IMG/VR virus record: IMGVR_UViG_3300003690_003399
Coordinates: 1-64,000 of that record
Length of the DNA stretch: 64,000 bases
Source: a virus
Strand: one strand, 5' to 3'
The notes under the pieces: generated by a model
What the model was told of the DNA's origin: nothing
Database searches by the model: none
What the model saw: the letters and a program-made list of their open reading frames with translations, nothing else
Made by a program: the position numbers and the translations under genes
Part shown: one piece after another, positions 10,101-18,185 of the stretch
How positions within the stretch are numbered: the first letter of the stretch is position 1
How the letters are laid out: each line of letters begins with the position of its first letter

Positions 10101-11152
10101 AAGATGCTGAAGGAAATCTCGTCGATACAAACTGCTGGGCTAGCGATGATTTTTGTGGTGATCTAGAAAAAAAGTACCAAGGCGCCAAATCCTGTGGGCC
10201 CTCCTATTCTGGACATACATCTGGTCTCGGGACATCGTACTGGACATTTATGAATCCATTCCTGTTTGCACAGAACGTCAAACAATATCTCAAAGCAACT
10301 GATACACTGCCCGAAGATAAGAAAAAGGAAATTATTGACTCCTTTGATGCTGCGATGTCTGCAACAAGAAACTTTGAAAGCCAGTGTGGCAAAATGTACC
10401 CTGAAGATGAGAAAGGTCAGAAGGTATGTCTCCTATTGGGCAAAAAAATGCTTGCTGCGAATACGGCAATGACGCTCATCTGGGATAAATACCTTGGCGC
10501 ACTTCAAACACCAGAAGGATCGCCGTATTCTCCAACAAGCCCATTCATACATTCTCCCGAGGCTCAAGAAAAGAGCAGAGAGGTGAAAGAAAAACAAAAC
10601 GTGGCCATGCAACTACAGTATGGATATTTTGTGTTAAGCAAGTGTGAATATTATGTCAAAAATGGCCCACCAGGCGGGGCGCCAGATCCGGTTTATGACT
10701 GTAAAAATCTAAGTCCTAATTACAAACGATGCGCCTCAGAGTGTCCACAGAAGCATACAATGGTTGGTGGGCGCCCCGGCGATCTACTTGAGCTAGGTTC
10801 ATCTCCTATGAATGGCCCGGGCTTTAAATATTGGTTCCAGAAGTACGTTAATGATCCTAAAAATAATTTTGGTGGCATAACTGCGTATGAAGCAATGTGT
10901 ATGTTGGTAAATACTGGCAACACCAAAGGGTGCAAAAGCCCCGGCGTGGATCCGGAACTATGGCCATTGACGGCGCGCCTATGCGGCATTTGTCCCCAAC
11001 TTAAAAAGGGGCAAAGAGCGAGTGCCCATGAGTATGTATATGGGCCCCCCGGATGGATTTCACCAGCTACTAAAAAGACGCTTCCTGCGCGCCCAACTGC
11101 GCCGCTGACCAGCGACGAGCCAGAAGAATTCCAACCAGAAGAGGAATACTAA
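7166..11152 (+). CDS. Multidomain protein: serine beta-lactamase/PBP-fold domain + MepA-like (M74) murein endopeptidase + Cys-rich regions
   Basis: SD AAAGGAG at 7151 with in-frame TTG at 7166; YGASMEK (SxxK) and WGKGG; GDIS..GG...GHDSHKIGIDID...HHKSHFHVRL. Confidence 0.7.
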   Translation: MNICLKKSPPLLTEQQTKPSGISAYVVGTIDGTVLGNYRGNKTFYGASMEKPILALMNAIYYTNIKYHTITTKKDDESHEAHVKRDNKVFAMAKRLQHGWITCPEQLTGAPPICSELILDEKIFYQEAKNHLLTDEELDGLLGYRGLNSNAVNRSIKGTNPGVKWSTADKRYTNSRNGRCTPKPCGKPPLAVPISAMKQILQDIDPNGLLKGIRFANGRQTALSMYNFMMFLLNAETIPALKDYNPQVKRILNYMTRSVFGDTYPGGYDRDSAGIIKLKKELNRYWPNKITSIWGKGGFTQKTPVLNYALVINNQYILVVYTRQPIMNTACKPQQYRCAKNAAFPPLTNAIVQALSSAEVFGAPTTQVKKKATFIDISKSEEVPENISFFPGTKNACGTAAMQRYVMIVLGTNLQNYEWCVGDISKCPTGGPIAGHDSHKIGIDIDVALPTESRGLTGCSTNQKEGKWIKKGGQKFKNITPEQLDATAAFNFLKATAPWAQYVGVDKQFWPKIKEAAEKAGMVKDSAAYKRTFSVLRAWKHHKSHFHVRLGTNTVIRVAPTKAGGATTVTATAQPSISSEIEKIGQEKGAAVVRCNQWKVEEYKDANNNACVKGTAGCKKRGQPAPGFEYDPDFSFADFYCDLELWAPWIDKNLKSAEDILKKYDATLNWIYDGGHDKAADVLQKAWLQAEIADKLSQQREEEIDFMGPEWQKLLQQLKNKPGVSYPTPINCGGRDALCGKNQTCEEWPGKKRWRCVYKKKEVKENMLPKSINKTIHLSIQKTNYKKYLLEKKPVKAEKIKINKNLLQESIKQKLLNNPQLLDRLALNEGPVRWLREFVAIFRGMFPKMAPRGKGTWEFVKRASKRSANVMGGSWKLTKHMRHTLFNKYEGLATGIWMTSMFLDDEGDQPLTQIFNALYSNFTMSGQLIYIFQRYGMKNRSQQFIYWTQGRPERWEKMGKKQYLMLPRNRYKGAVECEEDAEGNLVDTNCWASDDFCGDLEKKYQGAKSCGPSYSGHTSGLGTSYWTFMNPFLFAQNVKQYLKATDTLPEDKKKEIIDSFDAAMSATRNFESQCGKMYPEDEKGQKVCLLLGKKMLAANTAMTLIWDKYLGALQTPEGSPYSPTSPFIHSPEAQEKSREVKEKQNVAMQLQYGYFVLSKCEYYVKNGPPGGAPDPVYDCKNLSPNYKRCASECPQKHTMVGGRPGDLLELGSSPMNGPGFKYWFQKYVNDPKNNFGGITAYEAMCMLVNTGNTKGCKSPGVDPELWPLTARLCGICPQLKKGQRASAHEYVYGPPGWISPATKKTLPARPTAPLTSDEPEEFQPEEEY

Positions 11153-13557
11153 TGGGAACACCAGGACATATGGCACACCCGTTTGGCGACGAAGATCATC
11201 CTAGTTTATGGCAGCGCGTCAGAACTGGTCAAGATTTACTACGATACTTTCACGATATCAAAGAATTTCTCGAATTAAATCCTGGTAGTCTTAAAATTGA
11301 TGGCATCAATGTAAGTTTTAAGCTTATAACCACAGAAGGCGGCAAAAAAGAATTCCGAATGGATCGTGGTACAACGTACACTGAATCTGTTATCGGAATG
11401 ACCGCTGAAGATGCCTACAAAAAATGGCTACCCACACTAGAAGCTGATCCTGAAAAAACAGAAATGTGGAATACCCTTGGAAAAGATGAACAAAGAAACG
11501 CTTTTTTAAGGTTTCGCGAACTGCAATCCGAGCAAAAAACAGAAGAGGAAATATCTCAAGAAATGGGAGCATATTTTCAGAGCATAGAAAGATTGCCTGA
11601 TGAACATGTTCGTATGCTGCCTGGATTGTTTGTGGATGGATCATTTAAAGAACATGGCATGCCGGGCGCAATCAAAACTCTTTTAGAAATATTCAACGAG
11701 GCCTTACCAAGTATCCAGTACGAGCTTAAAGATTTGGGAATGTGGGACAATCCCCAAAAATTCTTTAACACTGAATATGTCGAAGGAAAAACAAACGTCC
11801 AACAATATGATAAAAACTTTTTAGCTATTCATGGTATTAATCAATTCTACGAAAAGAAAGCTCCTAAGTCTTGGGTAGCAGCTGGAAAATCCATGGACCG
11901 CAAGGGACTAGAAAGACCAACAAACCCCAAAACTGGTAAACTCGTTAAAGACGCAGGCGTCGAAATTCTTTATAATAGAGGCGCTTTAGAATCTCTTATC
12001 AAAAAAGTTAAACCAATTGCCTCGCAGCGCGGATTTGAAATTTATGGCGATATACCAACCCAACTCATAGCAGAAATCGATTATACTGAGACTCTCGGAT
12101 CTCCTTTTACAATTCAAATGACGGCGGAAGAGCAAACCACACATTCTTTAAGTGAATGGCTTGAGGAAGTACATAACCCTAAAAATGAAAAAGTTACAAA
12201 AGCCGATGGAACAACGGTCCCAGCTATTGGCAAAGATGTTTACATGGCAGTAACAAAACATATTCCCCTTACTGAATATCTCAAATCTCCAGAAGACGTA
12301 AAGAGGGCCGTTAGCGGCGCCATTTTTAATCACGCGACTCGAATGCTAGGAAATGACGTTAAGAGCGCTCTAGATAGCTCTATGGGCTCCGTAACGGATC
12401 ATGAAGGGGTAGTACTTAGGGGGATGGAAGATTTTCCAGTAAAAGTCACTGGAGAATTTATTGTTGGCGGTATGCAAACAGCATTTCGAGAGGGGGTGAT
12501 AAAAGAAGTCGAAGAGCTAAAAGGCATAAAAGATGTAGAAGAAGAATACAACATAGAAACTGTTAATATGGATGAGCCAGAAGCAAAGAAAAAGATTGCT
12601 TTAATTCCAGGGGGCTTTAAACCGCCACACAGAGGACATTTAGCTTTAGTTACACACTATTTAGAAGAAGTTGCACCGGACGGAAAAGTAATTCTTTTTA
12701 TGGGCAGTGGAGGCAAAACGCCGCGAACAATTCATGGGAAAGCTATAACTTATGAACACGCTTTACAAGTATGGAAAATATATTTAAACAATGAAAATAT
12801 TGCGTTCCCCAATGAAATTTTAGAGATTAAAGAAATTAAAGACGCCGGCCCAGTTGGTGCAGTTGTAGACTATATTAAAGAAGTCGACCCAGATAAAGAA
12901 ATTATTTATTTAGGCGCCGGAGAAAAAGATTCCGAACGATGGAAATTTATGCTTGATAACCCCAAGTATAACCCCAATAATGTAAAAGTATTTATTGAGC
13001 CTGTACCAAACTATAATGACAAAGAAGGCAAGCCAATGAGCGGCACAAATTTTCGTGATGCCATAGAAAGCGCCGATGAAGAATTAATTAAAAGCTACAT
13101 GCCAGAAGCTAGCCAAGATTCTTATAGAGAATTCATGGACGCTTTTGAAGATAGGCTAAAGGAGTCCCAGCAGCCGCTGGGCATATTTCTGCGGTTAATA
13201 GAGCAGACGCTTAATGAAACAATACCTGGTAGCGATATGACTAATATGTTTGGTTACGCTGCTGGGAACCTGAGCAATATAACTCGCCCCGATATCGCCA
13301 CTGGATCGGAAGAAGAGGAAGAAGTAGAAGAAAAGCCAACGGCCAAAGACGTATTCGAAGCATTTATTGCTGCGATAAAAGGCGTAGCAGAAGAAAGTGG
13401 TGTTAAAAATGGCGATGACGAAGAATTAGAAGAAATATCGGCGATGGGAGCAGGCGCAGTTGAAATGGGCGCAGGCAAGCGCGATGATAAAGAGAAAGAA
13501 ACGTTAATTCGTGAGGTTGAAGACTATTTATTTAGTACTTTAGGAGATATTTTATGA
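11152..13557 (+). CDS. Ligase-fold nucleotidyltransferase (DUF6267-like) fused to a HIGH-superfamily cytidylyl/NMN adenylyltransferase-like domain
   Basis: GHMAHPF, KIDG (motif I), EGVV and VKVTG; then PGGFKPPHRGH and MSGT. Confidence 0.7.
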   Translation: MGTPGHMAHPFGDEDHPSLWQRVRTGQDLLRYFHDIKEFLELNPGSLKIDGINVSFKLITTEGGKKEFRMDRGTTYTESVIGMTAEDAYKKWLPTLEADPEKTEMWNTLGKDEQRNAFLRFRELQSEQKTEEEISQEMGAYFQSIERLPDEHVRMLPGLFVDGSFKEHGMPGAIKTLLEIFNEALPSIQYELKDLGMWDNPQKFFNTEYVEGKTNVQQYDKNFLAIHGINQFYEKKAPKSWVAAGKSMDRKGLERPTNPKTGKLVKDAGVEILYNRGALESLIKKVKPIASQRGFEIYGDIPTQLIAEIDYTETLGSPFTIQMTAEEQTTHSLSEWLEEVHNPKNEKVTKADGTTVPAIGKDVYMAVTKHIPLTEYLKSPEDVKRAVSGAIFNHATRMLGNDVKSALDSSMGSVTDHEGVVLRGMEDFPVKVTGEFIVGGMQTAFREGVIKEVEELKGIKDVEEEYNIETVNMDEPEAKKKIALIPGGFKPPHRGHLALVTHYLEEVAPDGKVILFMGSGGKTPRTIHGKAITYEHALQVWKIYLNNENIAFPNEILEIKEIKDAGPVGAVVDYIKEVDPDKEIIYLGAGEKDSERWKFMLDNPKYNPNNVKVFIEPVPNYNDKEGKPMSGTNFRDAIESADEELIKSYMPEASQDSYREFMDAFEDRLKESQQPLGIFLRLIEQTLNETIPGSDMTNMFGYAAGNLSNITRPDIATGSEEEEEVEEKPTAKDVFEAFIAAIKGVAEESGVKNGDDEELEEISAMGAGAVEMGAGKRDDKEKETLIREVEDYLFSTLGDIL
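13522..13530 (+). promoter_or_regulatory. Candidate late promoter GACTATTTA
   Basis: 23 nt before ATG 13554, followed by SD AGGAG. Confidence 0.45.
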
Positions 13558-14324
13558 ACCAAGAAGAAGCAAGGCTCAGAGCATTGATTAGAAAAGGCAT
13601 TCAGATTGTAACAGAGCGCAAAGAACAGCAACAAACTGAAGTACAAAGATTACGCAATGTTATTCATCATTTAATTGGCGAAGTTAAAGGTACCACCGAT
13701 GTTGCCGATAGAGTAATTCATAAAAATAGCGGAATTAACGTTTTAGACACTCTCCTAAAAAATGTTATTAAACAAATAGAAAGCTATTATAAAGATCTCT
13801 CTTCAAATGATCAACAGCGTAAATCCTTTAGATATCACTTTTTAATTAATTTTAAAAATGCTCTCGCGCCCATTAATGCAAATAGAGACGCACCAGATAA
13901 AGAGGCATTAGCAGAGCAAGATCTTAGTGTATTAATCGATGATGAACTAGATGATGAGGACATTGATACTCCTCCCGATGAATCAAAATTCCTCCCCGCG
14001 AGACCTCAAGATGAAGAAGAAGCCAAAGACGAAGAAGAAAAAGAAACTGGTTTTATTAAGTTAGACTCCGATGATCCTTCGGTTCGACAGGGCGCCGCAT
14101 TTGCTGAAAAAGCCTGGAATGATGTAGAGAATCAAATTCAAACTGCATACGAAGATTTGATTGATCCAGAAGATGCCGCGGCATTTTATGATTGGGGTCT
14201 TACAAATTTAAAACTTTATTTTGATAAATTTGAAGATGAAATGGCAGAATCTGGACAAGAACCGGAAAGTCCCGATTACCCACCAACGGGGCAGGCCCCT
14301 CTAGAAGAAACATATGAAATATGA
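13554..14324 (+). CDS. Acidic conserved phage protein (putative internal head protein)
   Basis: 256-aa ORF with good SD; RLRALIRKGI and RLRNVIHHLIGE amphipathic repeats. Confidence 0.6.
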   Translation: MNQEEARLRALIRKGIQIVTERKEQQQTEVQRLRNVIHHLIGEVKGTTDVADRVIHKNSGINVLDTLLKNVIKQIESYYKDLSSNDQQRKSFRYHFLINFKNALAPINANRDAPDKEALAEQDLSVLIDDELDDEDIDTPPDESKFLPARPQDEEEAKDEEEKETGFIKLDSDDPSVRQGAAFAEKAWNDVENQIQTAYEDLIDPEDAAAFYDWGLTNLKLYFDKFEDEMAESGQEPESPDYPPTGQAPLEETYEI

Positions 14325-14665
14325 AACTAACTAAATCAAAACTTAAACAGCTAATCAAAGAAGAGTTGCGAAAAGCGCTTCATGAATCATTTGATGAAAA
14401 AGAGTTTCAAACTTGTGTACAACAAATAATAACTAAAGACTACACGGGTACTAATTTCCAAAAGAAATACGACGCCACAATGTCATGTTGTACAGAATAC
14501 TGGAAAAGAACGGGTCGATCCACTCACGAAACATACGATCAAAATGTTGCAGATTGTAAATATGTTCGATGCATCCAAATAATAAAAGGCACTAGTGGCT
14601 ACCAAAAGGCTGATGCAAGTGGGAAGAAAGAGCGTATGCAAAGGTGCCGTCGGTGGCATCCTTGA
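14321..14665 (+). CDS. MKLTKSKLKQLIKEEL-tagged small Cys-rich protein
   Basis: N-terminal motif common in uncultured T4-like phage proteins; ALHE site; six Cys. Confidence 0.65.
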   Translation: MKLTKSKLKQLIKEELRKALHESFDEKEFQTCVQQIITKDYTGTNFQKKYDATMSCCTEYWKRTGRSTHETYDQNVADCKYVRCIQIIKGTSGYQKADASGKKERMQRCRRWHP

Positions 14666-14675
14666 AAATATAACT

Positions 14676-14684
14676 AACTAATTA
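14676..14684 (+). promoter_or_regulatory. Candidate late-promoter variant AACTAATTA
   Basis: In the intergenic gap before 14722. Confidence 0.4.
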
Positions 14685-14721
14685 CTTAAATATTATACCA
14701 TATTTCAGAATTTAAATTAAG

Positions 14722-15081
14722 ATGGCATGGAATAAAAAAAGAAGACTCTTTGGAAAAAATGCTTATTACAGCATATCCAAAAAATTAAGAAGAGAAGGCA
14801 AATCTAGCGAAGAATTTGAGCTAATGCTCAATGGCCTTTCTTTAGAAGATGTTATTGCCCTTAAATTAGAATTAGCAACAAGACCATTCGGCGGTAAATC
14901 TTTTGGAATTCCCATATGGCATTCCATGAGAGAAATTGTACAAGACGCTGTGCTTAAAATGGCCCTATCTACCACTAGATCAAAAAAAGAAGCTGCGAGA
15001 TTTTTAGGACTCATTCCTCAAGACTTCAGGAAATTAATGAAGAAATACAAGACTGAGAGCTTTTTTGAAGAAAAAGATTAA
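14722..15081 (+). CDS. Fis-like HTH (HTH_8) DNA-binding protein
   Basis: VLKMALSTTRSKKEAARFLGL...KLMKKY matches the Fis/NtrC C-terminal HTH. Confidence 0.7.
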   Translation: MAWNKKRRLFGKNAYYSISKKLRREGKSSEEFELMLNGLSLEDVIALKLELATRPFGGKSFGIPIWHSMREIVQDAVLKMALSTTRSKKEAARFLGLIPQDFRKLMKKYKTESFFEEKD

Positions 15082-15087
15082 AAAAAC

Positions 15088-15116
15088 TTGACATATAATA
15101 TAATATTGTATATACT
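15088..15116 (+). promoter_or_regulatory. Sigma70-type promoter for tmRNA
   Basis: TTGACA (15088) - 17 nt - TATACT (15111), preceded by an A-tract. Confidence 0.85.
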
Positions 15117-15135
15117 TATTACAGATCTTTAACAT

Positions 15136-15509
15136 GGGGACGAAACGGTTTCGACGAAGAGCGAAGAAAATAGCACGCAAGACTGTGTGAGTAACACAGT
15201 AAAAATGCTCAAACTTTATAAATGCCAACGATAACGTTGAATTTGATTACGCCTTAGCTGCATAATCGGAAGTTGTTAGTGACTTTCTAAAAGAACACTA
15301 GACGTTTTCAATTTTAGGAAAAATTGATAGGAACTTAGTCATTTTGGTGACTATGTATATCTCGGTAGCCAACACCTTAAGTTGGTAAATGGATTCCCTG
15401 ACTTTGATCAAGGTGGCTGGTACTTCGGCGGTGAATGTACCAATTTCTTGTATATCGCGTTATTTTTGATTCTTTTCGGACTCGGGTTCGACTCCCGACG
15501 TCTCCACCA
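15136..15509 (+). ncRNA. ssrA: tmRNA, one-piece; tag ORF 15224-15265 encodes ANDNVEFDYALAA*
   Basis: 5' GGGGACG pairs with 3' CGTCTCC-ACCA with G3:U; T-arm GGGTTCGACTCCC; PK1 stem actgtgt/acacagt with loop gagta pairing tgctc; tag ends in LAA. Confidence 0.96.
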
Positions 15510-15529
15510 AAGACATAAAAGGAGAAATT

Positions 15530-15613
15530 ATGAGTGGACTAGTAGGTTATTTAGTTACGCTTGCAGCAGGTGCCGTTATTGGCATCGCGCTGGTTAAGAA
15601 AGGCGTAGTATAA
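15530..15613 (+). CDS. 27-aa single-TM peptide MSGLVGYLVTLAAGAVIGIALVKKGVV (absent from the ORF track)
   Basis: SD AAGGAG upstream; TAATG overlap with the next gene. Confidence 0.7.
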   Translation: MSGLVGYLVTLAAGAVIGIALVKKGVV

Positions 15614-15918
15614 TGGAAGAAACTCTAAGAACAAAAGATTGGAAAACTGTTGGTACTTTTTCAACTTACGAAGAAGCAGACAATCTTCGAAAAGAATTAG
15701 TAGAAAAACATACATCAGTTAAAGTCAAGAGAGGGGCCCTAGCAAGCAAAGAAGATGTTTTTAGAGTTAAATGCTGGGACCCTCCTCCTATTAAAAAAGA
15801 AATAAAAAAAGAACGAAAGCATCTTAACAGGGGCAAAAATAATAGAAGGCAGCTAAAAAATGAAAACAGGAAGATACGCGCTGGACGAAACAAATCGGAA
15901 GATTTTTATCGGAAGTAA
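15613..15918 (+). CDS. Hypothetical basic protein
   Basis: Coupled start; GTFSTYEEA motif and a K/R-rich tail. Confidence 0.55.
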   Translation: MEETLRTKDWKTVGTFSTYEEADNLRKELVEKHTSVKVKRGALASKEDVFRVKCWDPPPIKKEIKKERKHLNRGKNNRRQLKNENRKIRAGRNKSEDFYRK

Positions 15919-16066
15919 AGTGAAATACAAAAATCGTATTTTTCTTGTTGAGGACATTCAATATTTAGACTGGACTATTAAGCAATTTTTAACCCTTGTA
16001 GATAATAAGAATAAAAATAAAAAATTAGAATTTATCTCACCTAAAGATGTAAAGGCACTACGTTGA
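15860..16066 (+). CDS. Small SH3/KOW-like protein
   Basis: D...RKIFIGSKVKY...FLV pattern; fills the gap in the operon. Confidence 0.55.
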   Translation: MKTGRYALDETNRKIFIGSKVKYKNRIFLVEDIQYLDWTIKQFLTLVDNKNKNKKLEFISPKDVKALR

Positions 16067-17115
16067 AAAAAAATATATTGATTGTTGGTACTGGCACAAT
16101 TGGAGAACCTCTTATTGGTCTCCTGGCAGACTTCAGAAAAAAATTAAATATTGGACATGTGATATTTCACAAGCGCACCCCCCTAGTAGACGAAGTGGCA
16201 AAAGTTAATAGTTTAATAAAAAGAGGTGCGAGACTGGCTGTAAATGAGGATCTGATTCCAGCTTTTAAAGACCTGGGGCACGATGTAAAATATGATTTCC
16301 AGACAGCGTTGAAGGCGGCGGATGTTGTAATTGACTGCACCCCCGCTGGCAATGAACATAAAAAGAAGCATTACGTAAAATACCCAGGCAAAACTTTTAT
16401 AGCACAAGGAAGCGAAAAGGGATTTGGAGTGCCATATGCACACGGCATCAATGACGAGGTACTCGATAAGAAACCAGCTTTCATTCAAGTTGTTAGTTGT
16501 AACACACACAATATTGCTTCTATTTTAAATTCAATCGACCCAAGCGTTGCTAGCATAGAGCGTGGAGACTTTGTTTGTATTCGGAGAGCTAACGATATAA
16601 GCCAAGAAGGGGGCTTTATACCTTCCCCACAGGTAGGCGCCCACGATTCTGAAAAATTTGGTACCCACCACGCCAAAGATGCATATGACCTGTTTCGCGC
16701 GAAGGAAAAGTTTGTTAATATTTTTTCAAGCGCCCTTAAAGTTAATTCTCAATATATGCATATTATTCGCTTTAATGTGGTAGCTTATGGATACATATCA
16801 AAAGAAAATTTAATTAATCGCTTTAGAGAGAATAAGTTTGTAGCACTCACCCACAAAGAAGCTACAAATAGAGTATTTTCTTTTGGGAGAGACCATGGAT
16901 ATTATGGACGTATTTTTAATCAAACGGTAATATCAATACCAACCCTCGCAGTCGAGAATCTACCGGGCAAAACAAAAATAAGTGGATTTTGCTTCACGCC
17001 ACAAGATGGAAACTCACTTCTCAGCAGCGTTGCGGCCGCACTATACGGAATATACGAAGAAGAATATCTTTCTAAAATGAAGTTATTTGATGATTTTCTT
17101 TTTGCGGAGATCTAA
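16063..17115 (+). CDS. Archaeal-type (class II) glyceraldehyde-3-phosphate dehydrogenase homolog
   Basis: GTGTIG Rossmann motif, VIDCTP, AQGSEK, catalytic VVSCNT, IRRAND, HHAKD, YMH. Confidence 0.8.
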   Translation: MKKNILIVGTGTIGEPLIGLLADFRKKLNIGHVIFHKRTPLVDEVAKVNSLIKRGARLAVNEDLIPAFKDLGHDVKYDFQTALKAADVVIDCTPAGNEHKKKHYVKYPGKTFIAQGSEKGFGVPYAHGINDEVLDKKPAFIQVVSCNTHNIASILNSIDPSVASIERGDFVCIRRANDISQEGGFIPSPQVGAHDSEKFGTHHAKDAYDLFRAKEKFVNIFSSALKVNSQYMHIIRFNVVAYGYISKENLINRFRENKFVALTHKEATNRVFSFGRDHGYYGRIFNQTVISIPTLAVENLPGKTKISGFCFTPQDGNSLLSSVAAALYGIYEEEYLSKMKLFDDFLFAEI

Positions 17116-17441
17116 TGAAATTTAATCGTAGCTACGTTTGCGAACCAAATAATATATCGATAACAGCTGAAAACACTCCCCACCACAGCAAGGGAATCAA
17201 ACTTATTTTTTATTTTGACAATAAAGAAGCATTTGCCACAACACAAGGTTTACCAACATATATTCCCGATAATGATGATATTGATAATATAGTTCGTTCC
17301 TATTGTAATTTGATAAAAGGCTGTACTAAAAGGTATATACAAGACAGATTTCCAACAGATAAAGTAATGGTAATCATGTTAGTAAATAAATCTTTAAAGA
17401 CGGTGCGCGCAAAAACTGGAAAGCTAATTTGGAGAAGCTAG
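17115..17441 (+). CDS. Hypothetical protein
   Basis: TAATG coupling, 108 aa. Confidence 0.55.
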   Translation: MKFNRSYVCEPNNISITAENTPHHSKGIKLIFYFDNKEAFATTQGLPTYIPDNDDIDNIVRSYCNLIKGCTKRYIQDRFPTDKVMVIMLVNKSLKTVRAKTGKLIWRS

Positions 17442-18185
17442 CTAAAGGTGATAATATTTAGCACTTTTTTCTTCAATAAAGTCCATCAATGAGTTATAAG
17501 GTGGCCCAATAGAAATTTGAGGAAATCTTCTAAGTAACGAGTGAATTAACCCTATTAATTCAAATTTATCATTTAAAACCATTGATCCTGAAGATCCCGG
17601 CGCCGCCATCAAAGTGTAGACAGAAACGCGATCAAGGCCCCATTTGTTAGTGGCTTCTCCGTTATAAAAACCCTCATTGATTGGCACCATTTGATAATCG
17701 AATATTCCTATGGGCGCGCCAATATTGTATATACGGGATCCAGGCAATGGCTTGTATGCCGCAACCTTTAGTGGGGGCCTACGTAAGTCTTTAGAGAAGA
17801 GCATACATATATCACTAGCATTATCTTTTGTTAATAAACGGGCTTTATATTTTTTACCATCAATATCGATCAATTTAAATGTGGTATAAAAAGCGGTGGG
17901 CGCCGAAGTGCAAACATGAGCAGCGGTTATAACTAAACTTCCATTATTGGTATTTTTTATTACAAAGCCAGATCCGATATAATGAGCAGTCTGGCCAATT
18001 TTAAAACATCTCTTAAAAAGACATATTTTACTTTCTTCCTTCACAGTCACAAACATAAAAGATTCGCGAGGTAAATTATGAGCCGTTTCTTCTGCGGTAT
18101 AGTTATAAGTATTTCTATGATGGTGGTGAGTATATGTACAAGTCATCAAAAAAAGAACTAATAAAGGCATTAGAAATTTTTTCAT
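17442..18185 (-). CDS. Trypsin-like (S1) serine protease with signal/lipoprotein peptide
   Basis: TAAHVC, DIC, PGSSGS catalytic triad motifs; MKK + hydrophobic stretch + C. Confidence 0.88.
   Translation of the reverse strand: MKKFLMPLLVLFLMTCTYTHHHHRNTYNYTAEETAHNLPRESFMFVTVKEESKICLFKRCFKIGQTAHYIGSGFVIKNTNNGSLVITAAHVCTSAPTAFYTTFKLIDIDGKKYKARLLTKDNASDICMLFSKDLRRPPLKVAAYKPLPGSRIYNIGAPIGIFDYQMVPINEGFYNGEATNKWGLDRVSVYTLMAAPGSSGSMVLNDKFELIGLIHSLLRRFPQISIGPPYNSLMDFIEEKSAKYYHL

Noticed and set aside
15382-15597. 71-aa ORF in the track
   Set aside because: Lies across the tmRNA 3' half and the better-supported 15530 peptide
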